NCBI GenBank assembly: GCA_964188305.1
Contig: OZ076888.1
Reading direction: 5' to 3' (one strand)
Length of the DNA stretch: 64,000 nt
Origin: Podarcis bocagei
Lineage: Eukaryota
Shown here: piece by piece, positions 39,222-50,612 of the stretch
Numbering within the stretch: position 1 is the stretch's first letter
Layout of the letters: every line of letters starts with the position of its first letter
Position numbers and translations under genes: made by a program
The notes under the pieces: model-generated
Told to the model about the DNA's origin: nothing
The model's database searches: none
The model's input: the letters and a program-made list of their open reading frames with translations, nothing else

Positions 39222-39687
39222 GGTTGTTGTTTAGTCGTTTAGTCATGTCCGACTCTTCGTGACCCCATGGACCAGAGCACGCCAGGCACTCCTGTCTTCC
39301 ACTGCCTCCCACAGTTTGGTCAGACTCATGTTTGTAGCTTCGAGAACACCGTCCAACCATCTCGTCCTCTGTCGTCCCCTTCTCCTTGTGCCCTCAATCT
39401 TTCCCAGCATCAGGGTCTTTTCCAGGGAGTCTTCTCTTCTCATGAGGTGGCCAAAGTATTGGAGCCTCAGCTTCAGGATCTGTCCTTCCAGTGAGCACTC
39501 AGGGCTGATTTCCTTCAGAATGGATAGGTTTGATCTTCTTGCAGTCCATGGGACTCTCAAGAGTCTCCTCCAGCACCATAATTCAAAAGCATCAATTTTT
39601 CGGTGATCAGCCTTCTTTATGGTCCAGCTCTCACTTCCATACATCACTACTGGGAAAACCATGGCTTTAACTATACGGACCTTTGTT
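39222..39687 (-). mobile_element. BovB (RTE clade) LINE 3' fragment
   Basis: KAMVFPVVMYGSESWTIKKA...IDAFELWCWRRLLRVPWTARRSN..ILKEISP..SLEG...YFGHLMRR.DSLEKTLMLGKIEG.RRRGRQR.RWLD; (CAA)n tail; TSD TAAAATTTTAT at 39211-39221 and 39715-39725. Confidence 0.95.
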
Positions 39688-40056
39688 ACTCCATGGACAA
39701 AGACAACAGGCATATAAAATTTTATATATGTGTTTAAATAGACAAAGATATATTTTGTTTCAATTTCTGTATCCTTTGTTTTAACTTTTGCAAATGAGAC
39801 ACTATCTCTGGGAAGGGGAAGCTACTTTGAGAGTTAGAAAAGAAGTGGATAAAAACTGCTGTTCCACTGAATTAGAAGTGATAGCCTTAATTACAGTTGA
39901 GTTTGCTCCACACTAGTTTTCGACAGCTATGATAAAACCGAACTGAAACAAATGGAGATTAAAAGAAAATAAATGAAGGAGAAATTGCTCTGGCTTGAAA
40001 AGAGGAAAGGAACAATTCAAGATCCTACCTGACAGAAGGACCTGACTAATTAAATA

Positions 40057-40717
40057 CAGTGGTACCTTGGTTCTCAAACTTAATCCGTTCCGGAAGTTGG
40101 TTCCAAAACCAAAGCGTTCCAAAACCAAGGCGCGCTTTCCCATAGAAAGTAACACAAAATGCATTAATCCATTCCAGAGTTTTAAAAACAACCCTTAAAA
40201 CAGCAATTTAATATGAATTTTACTATCTAACAAGACCATTGATCCATAAAATGAAAGCAATAATCAATGTACTGTACTATAAAATAGATGATAAAAATAA
40301 CAATAATAATAAATTCTTACCTGCACTGATGATAGTCATTGTTTGGATGGGGGGCTTTTATCCATTTCTGCAGTCACTCACTGACAAACTCACTCACTCA
40401 CTCACTCACTCACTGAATCAATCAGTAGCTGAACTGGGTTCCACACAGTCACAAAAACAAATTAACTGAAAAAGCCACAAACGCAAAATAAATAGCAAAA
40501 ACAAAAGCGCCAAACTTAATCCATTGCAGAAGTCCGTTTGACTTCTGAAATGTTCAAAAACCAAAGTGCAGCTTCTGATTGGTGTAGGCGCCCTGGAAAC
40601 AACAGCTGACAACCACATCTGATGTTTGGCTTCTGAAAAACGTTCGAAAACCGGAACACTTACTTCCGGGTTTTCAGCATTTGGGAATCAAGGCGTTTGA
40701 GGACCAAGGTACCACTG
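40057..40717. mobile_element. Tc1/mariner (Tigger/pogo-like) MITE, longer form
   Basis: TIR CAGTGGTACCTTGGT / ACCAAGGTACCACTG, TA TSD, internal (CACT)n. Confidence 0.9.
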
Positions 40718-40907
40718 TAGCTAATTCATATCTAATATGAACAGGAAACAACTAATTGAAGGGCTACAGGCTTCAAAGGTGTTCCTTTTCTAAGGTAGTA
40801 AGTTCGAGTGAAACAATGAGGCATACTTTAAAATAAACTTATAGTGTAAAATTGTGCAATGCATGTTAAGTTCCAGAGATTTACTCCCAGAGAACTGTGT
40901 ATAACCA

Positions 40908-41288
40908 GGGACGTGGGTGGCGCTGTGGTCTAAACCACTGAGCCTCTTGGGCTTGCATATCAGAAGGTCGGCAGTTCGAATCCCCGCTCCTGTTGCTCAG
41001 TCCCAGCTCCTGCCCACCTAGCAGTTCGAAAGCACGCCAAAAAAAGGTGCAAGTAGATAAATAGGTGCCACTCTGGCAGAAAGGTAAACGGCGTTTCTGT
41101 GCACTGCTCTGGTTTTGGTGTTCTGTTGCACCAGAAGCAGCTTAGTCATGCTGGCCACATGACCGGAAAAACTGTCTGCAGACAAATGCCGGCTTCTCTC
41201 GGCCTGTAAAGCAAGATGAGCGTCGCAATCCCAGAGTCGTCTGTGACTGGACTTGACTTAACTGTCAGGGGTCCTTTACCTTTACCTT
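40908..41288 (+). mobile_element. Sauria SINE
   Basis: GGGACG(T)GGGTGGCGCTGTGG head, B-box-like GTTCGAATCCC, BovB-related body, (ACCTTT)n tail. Confidence 0.92.
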
Positions 41289-42216
41289 TTTAACTGTGTT
41301 TATTGCCATAGAACTTTTACTTGGACTCAGGTTCCCGGTATTTCACCACTGGGCACCACAGTGCCATTGGGCATGCCCCTCACTCTTGGCACCCACTAAG
41401 GCCTTTGTTTGTTGGGGTTTGTGCCCATTTTTTAGAAGCGGGCATTGCCTGCTTTTTTGTGGTGCTCTTGACCATTTCTTACAGCTGCTGCACTCACTGT
41501 CGTTGCATAGCAATGTACTATTTTAGCATTGGACTGTACCTGGAATGTGCTTTTATGTTTTGAATCTCATTTGACTTGCCATTTAGTTTTGATTGGGCTT
41601 CCTGGATTCTTGACCCATGCTTTACTAACTTTGTCATCTAGACTGCCTCCTACTGCAAACTATATTATCTATTCCCAATAGTTGTCATTACTGCTGTCTT
41701 AATATTTGGTGTTTTTTTTAAAGAAATCCCTAATTACAGTGTGGCTAAGAATAAAAATGAGATACTGTACTAGATCTGTTCATTTCTGAAACGAATTTTA
41801 AATTCTTTGCACGGTGCGTTTGCTGAATATTAAGAACCCTCTGTCCTTTAGGACAATCAAAGGCAATAGAGGCTCATGTTTGCTTTATAGACTGTTAATC
41901 AAAACTGAGAGTAAACACTAAATATTACTTTGTTCAGAAACTTATCATGCAGCATTTCCCCTTTATGACACAGGAGCCAAAATTTGATTTGCAATTGTGT
42001 TAACAGCCTGGTCAAACTATAAATCTTACGGTTTGCAATAAGCCTTTGTAGTGCATGAACACAACAAGTATACTTGATGAACATTTGTTGAAGTGTGGGG
42101 GAAATCAGGATAATTATTGATGCTTTTAATTATTTAGATAATTGCATTCTAGACTTCAATGGTTTTTCAGAAGAACAAATACTGCTGTATGGGTAGGAAA
42201 CCTGTGGCTCTCCAGA

Positions 42217-42388
42217 GTGGAACCTACACACATATAAAAAAACACTGTGAAAATCTTTTTTAAAAAACGTTTTGAAAAATACATTGAATTTGGCATAGCT
42301 AACTGTCGCCAACTAGTGTCACATTTGTATATTGCACTTTACAACACATTTAAAATGTTTTATTTGCAGCTTATATCTGAGTCCCAGG
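42217..42388 (-). repeat. ~165-bp MITE-like repeat, copy B (inverted)
   Basis: CTAGTGTCACATTTGTATATTGCACTTT (42313-42340) is the exact reverse complement of AAAGTGCAATATACAAATGTGACACTAG in copy A; homology extends to both ends. Confidence 0.8.
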
Positions 42389-44137
42389 TCTTGTTTGTCC
42401 CATCAGTACCAGCAAAAACAACCAAAGGGTCAGGACAGGGAAGGTGTCAGTCACCAATTTTCCACCCCTGAAATAGAATGTGTTGCTGGAATTTAGTTTT
42501 TTTCTTCTCTCAGGTCTGGCAAGCATCTTTCTTCCCCACCCTGAATCAATTGTCTTCATACACTTCTGATATATATCAGGAGTGAGGAATCTCTGGCCCT
42601 CCAGATGTTGGACTTCAACTCGCAACAGCCCTAGCCAGCGTGGCCAATGGTCAGAACCGGTAGGACCTGTAGCCACAGATTCCTCACCCCAGGAAAATAT
42701 GAAGGCAGCAGGGTAGGCATGGACAAAGCAGTCTCTTCCTAAGCTATGCCACTTTTACACGTGCACACTCATAGGTTTGTTCCCTCCAGTTTTCACATTA
42801 TTTTTTAGGTTTTTATGAAGACCCCAAAGAAAAATTCAGATCTAAATGGAAACATTTGTTCCTCAAGATAAACATTTTAAAGGATTTGATCTCAAAATGT
42901 TCATTTTGAAATGCTTGTTGCTGCCTCTTTTGGCTGAAAACAGAAATGCCCGGAGGAGAGCGAAACCTAATGGATGACTGAATTCCGATCCATGCATTAG
43001 GCCAGGAGATGTGGATTAGGACAGCTTCTAGTGGAATTTGCAAAACATGAGCTCCTCAAACATCCTTTGAACAGGGGTCCACAGCAATAATCGGTGTGAT
43101 GTGTCTCCCATCACTTGGGAACTGTCCAAACAGATTCTGACCTTATGGCCATTTATATGAACTGCCTCCTCTGTGTGGGGACTATACATACAGAAACCAT
43201 AATGTGTGCACTCACATAAGGATAGACCTGCTGGATCAGGCCAGTGGCCCATCTAGTCCAGCATCCTTTTTCCACAGTGGCCAGCCAGAGGCCAGTGAGA
43301 TCCAGCACCCTGAGCTCAGCATCAGCATCTCCGCTGTTATGGTTCCCAGCAACCAGCATTCAGACACAGAGGAAGACTGAAGCCATAAGGGTTAGTAGTC
43401 ATCACAGTGGTTCGTTCAGCATTCATCCTATGGGCTTCTGAAGCTGGTCCATACTCTCTGCTCCATTGAATCTGTCACAGTCTTTATATATTCGGCGAAG
43501 AAGGCAGAACGTTGCCCTGTAGAAGTGGGGGACATTGTCAATGCCAGCTTAATATTTTGGTAATAGCATTCTGTTTATTTTATTGCACCCTTCAGACTAA
43601 TGAATTGCAACTGTCCTGAAAACAGCCTCCCTGCTCTGGGGAGTCTTTGCGCTCAAATAAAAGCAGTTTATTTGAGCAGCACAACTGGTCAGCAACATTT
43701 TGTTCTGTTTAATAGAATTCCTCCAACTTCCATGTGGTAAACAGGATGACAGTGATAAACACCGGCATTTGTACTTATCTTGCCTCACCAATGCCCCTGA
43801 CCATCAGCTTCTGGCCTCCTTTTGGGTTGGCTTTTCATCAAAGCGGCAGTAAGGAATTTCATATCGGTCATTTATTTGCAGAGGAACTAGAAAGAGGTTC
43901 AAAAACCTTTTTTTTAAAGTGGTATTTTAAATATGCATGAAGGCGACATAAAGTTTCTTTTGTGATGCAAAGGTTCCTTAACGTTTATGGTGGTTATTTG
44001 CAAGGCATGAAAGGTGAGGTTTAAGTAGTGAAATAAAAGGAGGGAATTGTTGGTAATATATTTATTCAATTTATTGAAAAGCATTTAAATGAACTGCTTA
44101 AAATTTTAAAAATCTCTAAGTATTGTACCCCAGATTA

Positions 44138-45002
44138 GGATGCGGGTGGCGCTGTGATCTAAACCAGTGTTTCCCAACCACTGTTCCGCGGCACACTAGT
44201 GTGCCGCGAGATGTTGCCTGGTGTGCCGCGAGATGTTGCCTGGAGGGAGGCGGGCGAGTCGGGCGGCGAGAGGCGGGGCGGCGGCGGCGAGGAGAGGCCG
44301 CCCAGCACGGGGCTCTCGCCGTCTGCCTGCCTGGCTGCCTGCGAGCTCGGCGGGCAGCGCCTCCGTCCGCAGCGCCCGCCTCGCGGCTCTCATTCCCTGT
44401 CCCTGCCAAAGCTCACCCAGCCAAGCCGCGCTCTCCTTCCTGCCTCGCTTTGCTGCCTCCTCCCCCCCACCCCCAAAGCTTGGAGGTTCCCCGGCAAGGG
44501 GGAGGGGAAAAATTGAAACTTACACTTTCGTGCGTCCCTCCCGGCGTGACGCTGCACGCTGATGTCACGGGGCTGTAATGGTGGTGTGCCTCGAGATTTT
44601 TTTCATCAAACAAGTGTGCCTTTGCCCAAAAATGGTTGGGAAACACTGATCTAAACCACTGAGCTTCTTGGGCTTGCTGATCAGAAGGTTGGCAGTTCGA
44701 ATCCCCACAATGGAGTGAGCTCCAGTTGCTCTGTCCCAGCTCCTGCCAACCTAGCAGTTCGAAAGCGTGCCAGTAGATAAATAGGTACCGCTGCAGCGGG
44801 AAGGTAAACAGCATTTCTGTGAGCTCTGGCTTCCATCACGGTGTTTTGTGCACCAGAAGCAGTTTAGTCATGCTGGCCACATGACCCAGAAATCTGTCTG
44901 TGGACAAATGCCAGCTCCCTCATCCTGAAGCAAGATGAGCACCACACCCCATAGTCACCTTTGGCTGGACTTAACCACCCAGGGGACTTTTACCTTTACC
45001 TT
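44138..45002 (+). mobile_element. Sauria SINE interrupted by a hAT MITE
   Basis: Head GGATGCGGGTGGCGCTGTG; body resumes at 44657; (ACCTTT)n tail; 12-bp TSD TACCCCAGATTA at 44126-44137 and 45003-45014. Confidence 0.93.
44165..44648. mobile_element. Non-autonomous hAT (Charlie/Buster-like) MITE, 484 bp
   Basis: Perfect 16-bp TIR CAGTGTTTCCCAACCA / TGGTTGGGAAACACTG; perfect 8-bp TSD ATCTAAAC (44157-44164 and 44649-44656); internal 22-bp tandem repeat at 44199-44242. Confidence 0.93.
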
Positions 45003-46676
45003 TACCCCAGATTATATTAGGAAGTAATCTACAATACATGTATCTTTATTATTTAGTAAAGAAGGCTTGCTCCACATCTTTCATGAGTGGAACCTCTATT
45101 CCTCCTTTTCCTTATGTTAGGAATGGGGAAGGTTTTTCTGGGGTATGTGGACTACAACTTGGCAATTGGCCATGCTGAGATGCACACTTTGGTATGGACG
45201 GAGGAGCCATGGGCTTCCAGATTCACCTGGACTCCAGTTCCCATCATCCTTGGCATTTGGCCATGCTGGCCAGGGCTGATAAGTCCAAGTGCATCTGGAA
45301 GCCCATCATAGCTCCTTCATTCATACCAAAGGGTATCTCTCAAAACGGAGCTCTTCTCTCTACGATGGAGTCCCTTGACTCTACTTCTACTTCCAAATTT
45401 GATATCTAGGCTTGATACCTGCTAACATGTTCTTTTCCATCCTTTAGAGTCTTTCCTGTTAAGATCGTCTTCCTCAGTTAGCCTTGCTGTGCATCCTCTC
45501 ACAGATGGCCTCACTTTGCAGGTGGCTGTGGGAGGAAGGAAGGTTTGAGAAACTTATCCTCTAGAACGTTCTCAAGTTAAATTTGTGCTGATATCCTTTT
45601 GAGAGGCTTGCTATATTTTGGAGGTAAACTCTCTGGGAGGTTTATGTAAGAAGGTACAGCCTCAGGCAGATGGAGACTGAGGCTGGGAGCATTGTGTGAA
45701 GTAGCTAACATGAATATGATGAAATAAATGCTAAAGCTACCTTCTGATTGTTAAATAATTGAAACATCAATTATATGGAAGAAATCAGATATCTGTCCTC
45801 ACTGGTTCATCTAACAAACTTATCCAAGCCTGTCCCTTAACTATGGTCTGAGTCTAAAACCTTTCACGTTGGGTCCTCCAGCAAAGCATAAAATAAAAAG
45901 CACAGAAACCTGAACCAATTTTTATAAAATGTGGCAATCTTGACTTCCAATGATATTTCTGAAAACTCTGTTCTCTGGGAAAGTCTCATTAAAAAGCACT
46001 AAAAGTCAGCAAATATTGTTCCATTGGCTTATTGGCACCTGTATCATAGCTTTAGATTTGAAATGTTTGCTCATAGCCTTCAGCAAATACACATTTCTAT
46101 GCCAAACTGTACAGAAAAGGGCAAAAAGAAAGAACACCGGGGTAAGTATTTTGGTTCTGATGACTGATATATAGCTGGAAGCCTACATATGGTATTCTGG
46201 ACTGGAGATTCTGGATGAAATACAAAGACCTTCCTATTTTCACTGAAAAAAAGAAAAAAAGAAAAACAGGCCAGACTTTCCTTTGTGAAAGTCTGTTGAA
46301 ATATTTTCCAGTATGTCTTTGGGAGTAATTTTTGTCTGAACTTTCCTGAAGGAACTCTGGTGTGTGAGAGAGAGAGAGAATGAGGAGAGGCAAGAGACAC
46401 TTCAAACTTATGAAAACTACTTTTTTTTTTTACTAGAAGCCCAAGAGCCACTAACTGGAGCTCGGTGCAAAAGAAATAAAACCCGCCCAACAATAAATAT
46501 TCACCTATACTATCAGCAACTTAACACATACTCAAAGGTGTGTTCCTCTTCATTGATCCTGCAGATGCAATAACAACTGACTTTGCCAAACCCAATATTT
46601 GAGTTTCACGATTTGATGGCTGCTTTGGAAATGTCTTCTGGAAACTGCAGTCTGCACTCCTGACTCTTTCTTGCTT

Positions 46677-46870
46677 AGGGCTTGTTCACATTTCCACCAG
46701 TTTTGGCTTTGCCCTGCTGCTTGTCCCAGGAAAAACCCGCCCTTTAGCACTAAATCAGAACAAAAGGCAATTTTGTGGAAAATGTGATTGCTGTTGGTTC
46801 CGATTCAGTACTAAACAATGGGTTTTTCTGGGGGAAAGTGACAGGGCAAATGGAGATGTGGTTAAGCCCA
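46677..46870. mobile_element. PIF/Harbinger-like foldback MITE
   Basis: AGGGCTTGTTCACAT ... ATGTGGTTAAGCCC ends; inverted inner arms (CCAGGAAAAACCC / GGGTTTTTCTGG). A related relic lies at about 2020-2210. Confidence 0.6.
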
Positions 46871-47775
46871 AAGTTCCAGCCACAACTACAAGGTTGCTAC
46901 ATCTTTAATACTGTGATATAGCTATTGCCATAGACTTTCGATCCCTGTGAAGTGTTTGGCAGAGGGTGTTTGTTGTACTAAGGGTTTCACTATAGGACTC
47001 CCAGAGCTCCCCCCCCCTTCCAGTGACAAGAAAAAGTAGAGTAAATGGTGCAATGAAAGCAAAATGTGAACATACTTGATTGAGGCAAACAGTAACTTTG
47101 AACCAACTTCTTGGTTCAGAATTTGGCATTTGGTTCTGATGGCATTTATTTTGCATGGAGTTCATGGATGTGCATTGGGGACGACAGATGGAAATGTGCT
47201 CAATGAAATGGCTAATTATGCTGCATGTTCTGGAAAGAAGCTCTTGCTCAGAAAACCTAGATAGGATTAGCCTTTTTGGGTGATTCCCTGATCAAATTAA
47301 TTTCTGAATGGATGTTATGTAATTTGATGGCACAGATTTATAACATACACACACTGTGTGTGTGTGTGTGTAGATTGTAAAATGGCCACTTCAGGAATTG
47401 CACACAAAGTTGCTGGTAGTGCTGAGCCATAGATACGACAGGTTTACTTATGATATTTCAGAAGAGGGGGAAAAGGTGATTGTGACTTCTTTTTCATTAG
47501 AGAAAAAAACCATTTGCTTACATTGGCAGCCAACAGCTTCCTGTTTGCTAAAACATAATGGCTTGGATCCAAACACCCCCTTCTGCTAGCAGAAAGCCTC
47601 TTCTGATCATGGAAGGGCTGTTTCTGACCAAGTGGAAGAGCATAATGGGAGAAAAATAACCCTAAATCCAGAGAAATTATTCTGTTTGTACGAGCTCTTT
47701 CTCAAAACCTAATTTGTTTATTTTACTAATAATATTTATAAGAAATCCCTAAATGGGTTTACTTAAAACAGAATA

Positions 47776-47780
<5 letters not shown>

Positions 47781-47826
<46 letters not shown>
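47781..47826. repeat. (AC)n microsatellite
   Basis: Read directly from the sequence. Confidence 0.97.
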
Positions 47827-47828
<2 letters not shown>

Positions 47829-49157
47829 TAGCTTAAAATACAAAAAATGGTTTTTTCTTTCTCTTTTTCTACCTTGTTTTCTTTTGTAATTCTAAAAAAA
47901 TTTAAATAAATATCATTAAAAAAAAAGAAATACATCAGAAAAAACAAAGAATCCATCAACAACATCAGTAAAACAGAGGAGTGCAATGTATGCTATGAGC
48001 CAGGGAAATCCTGTACGTATAGATAGGTCTTTAGGAATTATTTGCACCTTCTGAACAGCCCTTTGCTGAGGAGGGGGGCAGGGATTGCAGGGTAGCTGAT
48101 AATTCATATACTACAGCAGAGGTTCCCAAAATGAGGTCCATTGACCACCAGGGCTCCACAAGCGTCATTCAGGCCCCCAGTGATGACTTTGGTATCTAGC
48201 ACAGTGCACTACAAATGCTTAAAAAAGAGGCAAAAAAGTGGTCTGCCAAGACCTCCAATAATCGGCCTGTAGAGTTTAGGAGCCACTGTACTACTGAGTT
48301 CATATATGCACAAGTGTTGACAAACAGCATGAAATACATCTGGTCTTTTGACGGGAGGGGTGGTGGTGCTGTTTTGTGTTTTGGATTTGCAGCCAAGTCT
48401 TCAGCAGGAGTTTCTTTTTCTGTTGTGACTCTAGCTGATTATTGTTCGCTTTCATCAGGTTAATTTGCCTGTTCCCTCCCTCCCCCGCATATGGCTGAAA
48501 GACATAATTTGAACATTTTACATAGACGGAAGAGGAAATGTAGAAGGAAGCAATCTGACAGTATTTAAATGCAGTGGATTTTGTTGCTGTGACTACATTG
48601 ACTTTTTCTTTATAAAACAAAAGGTAACGTAGGCCTGAAGAAACTGATGAGCTGGCATGCCGAATGCAGCATGCATTCAAGCATGTCAGATGCATGACAA
48701 CGCCTCATCCTTTGCTTTTGCATTCCCAGAAAGGTAGCAAACCCAGTATTTTTAATGAGTCTTTGGGTCACGTTGGCTTGCTGGGCCACAGGTTGTGCAG
48801 GCCAGCCTGCTCAAAAACGCTTCTGAACACATCTTTTAATAGGTTTTTCACCCATCCAATGCAAGACTGGGAGGTAGGAGGGAACGAAGAGATCACAGGT
48901 GGGGAATCTCAGCCCCAGAGGGTGAATGTATCTTTCCAGGGATTTATAGAATTCAGTCCAGGTTATACCACTCCAGGCTACAGTCCTCTTTGGCCCTGGA
49001 CCCTCCTTTAGTTATTTAACCTGACTAGCCTGTGTCCCTGATCTGTGATAATACCTCTTGATTGCTCGGATAGAGAATGAAGAGTTATGTCTGTTGGGCC
49101 ACACCCACTGTTGCTGCGCCCGCCATTGGTTTGCAGATCTGAGACGCATGAGTGTGA

Positions 49158-49337
49158 AGGCTGTGTGGCATAGAATCTGCTTTGCATTCAGAAGGTCCCA
49201 AGTTCCATTGCCAGCATCTCTAAATTGGCCAGAGCCTTGCCTAAAACCCTGCAGAGCCATTGCCAGTGAATGTAGACAATGACTGGGCTAGATGGACCAG
49301 TGGTCTGACTCAACTTAAGCCAGGCTCCTGTGTTTCT
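49158..49337 (+). mobile_element. Squam2-like SINE
   Basis: TCTGCTTTGCATTCAGAAGGTCCCAAGTTC head; GCTAGATGGACCAGTGGTCTGACTCA tail; inverse of 21005-21165. Confidence 0.72.
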
Positions 49338-49438
49338 ATGTGTGGCCATTTATAGCAGCTTTGACAGATGTGTGCCTCTTGGGGGTCAGTTTACATGTTA
49401 TGGTTGCCCTGTGGAAACTCTTCAGGTAGTTCCAAGTA

Positions 49439-49655
49439 CGGTAGTACCTCGGCTCCCGAATGCCTTGGGAGTCGAACTTTCTGGCTCCCAAACAATCAAA
49501 AACCAGAAGTGAGTGTTCCGGTTTTTGAACATTCTTTTGTAAGCTGAACGTCCAATGGGGCTTCTGTGGCTTCCGATTGGTGCTTTGGTTTCCAAATGTT
49601 TTGGAAGGCCAATGGATTTCCGAAACAGATTCCGTTCTACTTCCAAGTACGACTG
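49439..49655. mobile_element. Degenerate Tigger-like MITE
   Basis: TA-CGGTAGTACCTCGG ... CCAAGTACGACTG-TA; interior resembles the reverse complement of 40520-40717. Confidence 0.75.
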
Positions 49656-50503
49656 TACTCTCAAAGGCCAAACAAAGGGGAAACAAATGGAGGAAAAGGT
49701 CCAAAATATTATATTGCTGCCCCACAAACTTTGGAAACAAGAGATTTCTTCAATGGGGCAATCCTCTTTAACAGTTCAGCAAAGGAGGAAGCTAGAGTAC
49801 TATATTTTCTCAGCTTGCTGAGGAAGTTTGCTCCTGAAGAACAAATTTGTTATTTTCCAAAGTGTGTTGGGCAACAATAAAATACTTCAGGCATTTTGTC
49901 TTTGACTCATTGCTCCAAATACTGTCTGTCACTGCTTTGTAAGTTTACCACATAACTCAGGTTTATTTCTTCATGCTGCTGATACCTTTTCATTTTGGAC
50001 AACAGTGGTGTGAGGAAAACTCCAGCTTGTATGGTATAAGGAACTTGAGATATAAAGCAGTGAGTGGAGTACCATTCATGTTACATGGCTTTCCCTTCTT
50101 CTACTTTTCCTGCAAACTGTAAAAATCTGCTCTGGAGAATCCCCTAACCAATTTTAAGGGTGTACAATGAGAGGTTGCTGGGGGTAGGAGGGGAAGTTCC
50201 ATTGCACAAGTGCAAGAGCTTCATTGGATACAACTCATAATATGTATTCTGCTTTCTTAGTCTGGTTTTATTTTGATATGTCTTTGTTTGCGTATTGTAA
50301 TATAGAATTCACCCTGGACTCTAGAGATGGGTAAGGGTAAGAAGGGAGATAAACAAACATTTTCTGCCTTGTATTTGCTTGCACTTGATTAAACAATGTC
50401 TCTCTTTCAATATGGCAAGCGGGAATCTCCCGTGATGTACTTTTTGAGGTCTCTTGCTCCAGGTACATGGTGAAACAATGTGTTCTTTTATTGTTTTGTT
50501 TAG

Positions 50504-50612
50504 TTTTACAGAATTTTTGGATCCATTCCAGAGAGTTATTCAGCCAGAAGAGATCTGGCTCTATAAAAACCCTTTGGTTGAATCTGACAACATACCTACA
50601 CGCCTCATGTTT
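50504..50612 (+). CDS. PLPP4: PLPP4 coding exon 2 (T + [36 protein letters not shown])
   Basis: T-rich tract and TAG acceptor ending 50503; 109 nt; GTAAGT donor at 50613. AT+T completes Ile, so the phase fits exon 1. Near-identical to recalled PLPP4. Confidence 0.97.

Noticed and set aside
44116-44814. Cluster of 65-151 aa ORFs on both strands
   Set aside because: They overlap the GC-rich MITE and SINE; no transposase motifs.
48644-48668. CTGATGA followed by a palindrome, resembling a hammerhead
   Set aside because: The second core segment is GAAT rather than GAAA, and no stem I or stem III can be formed.
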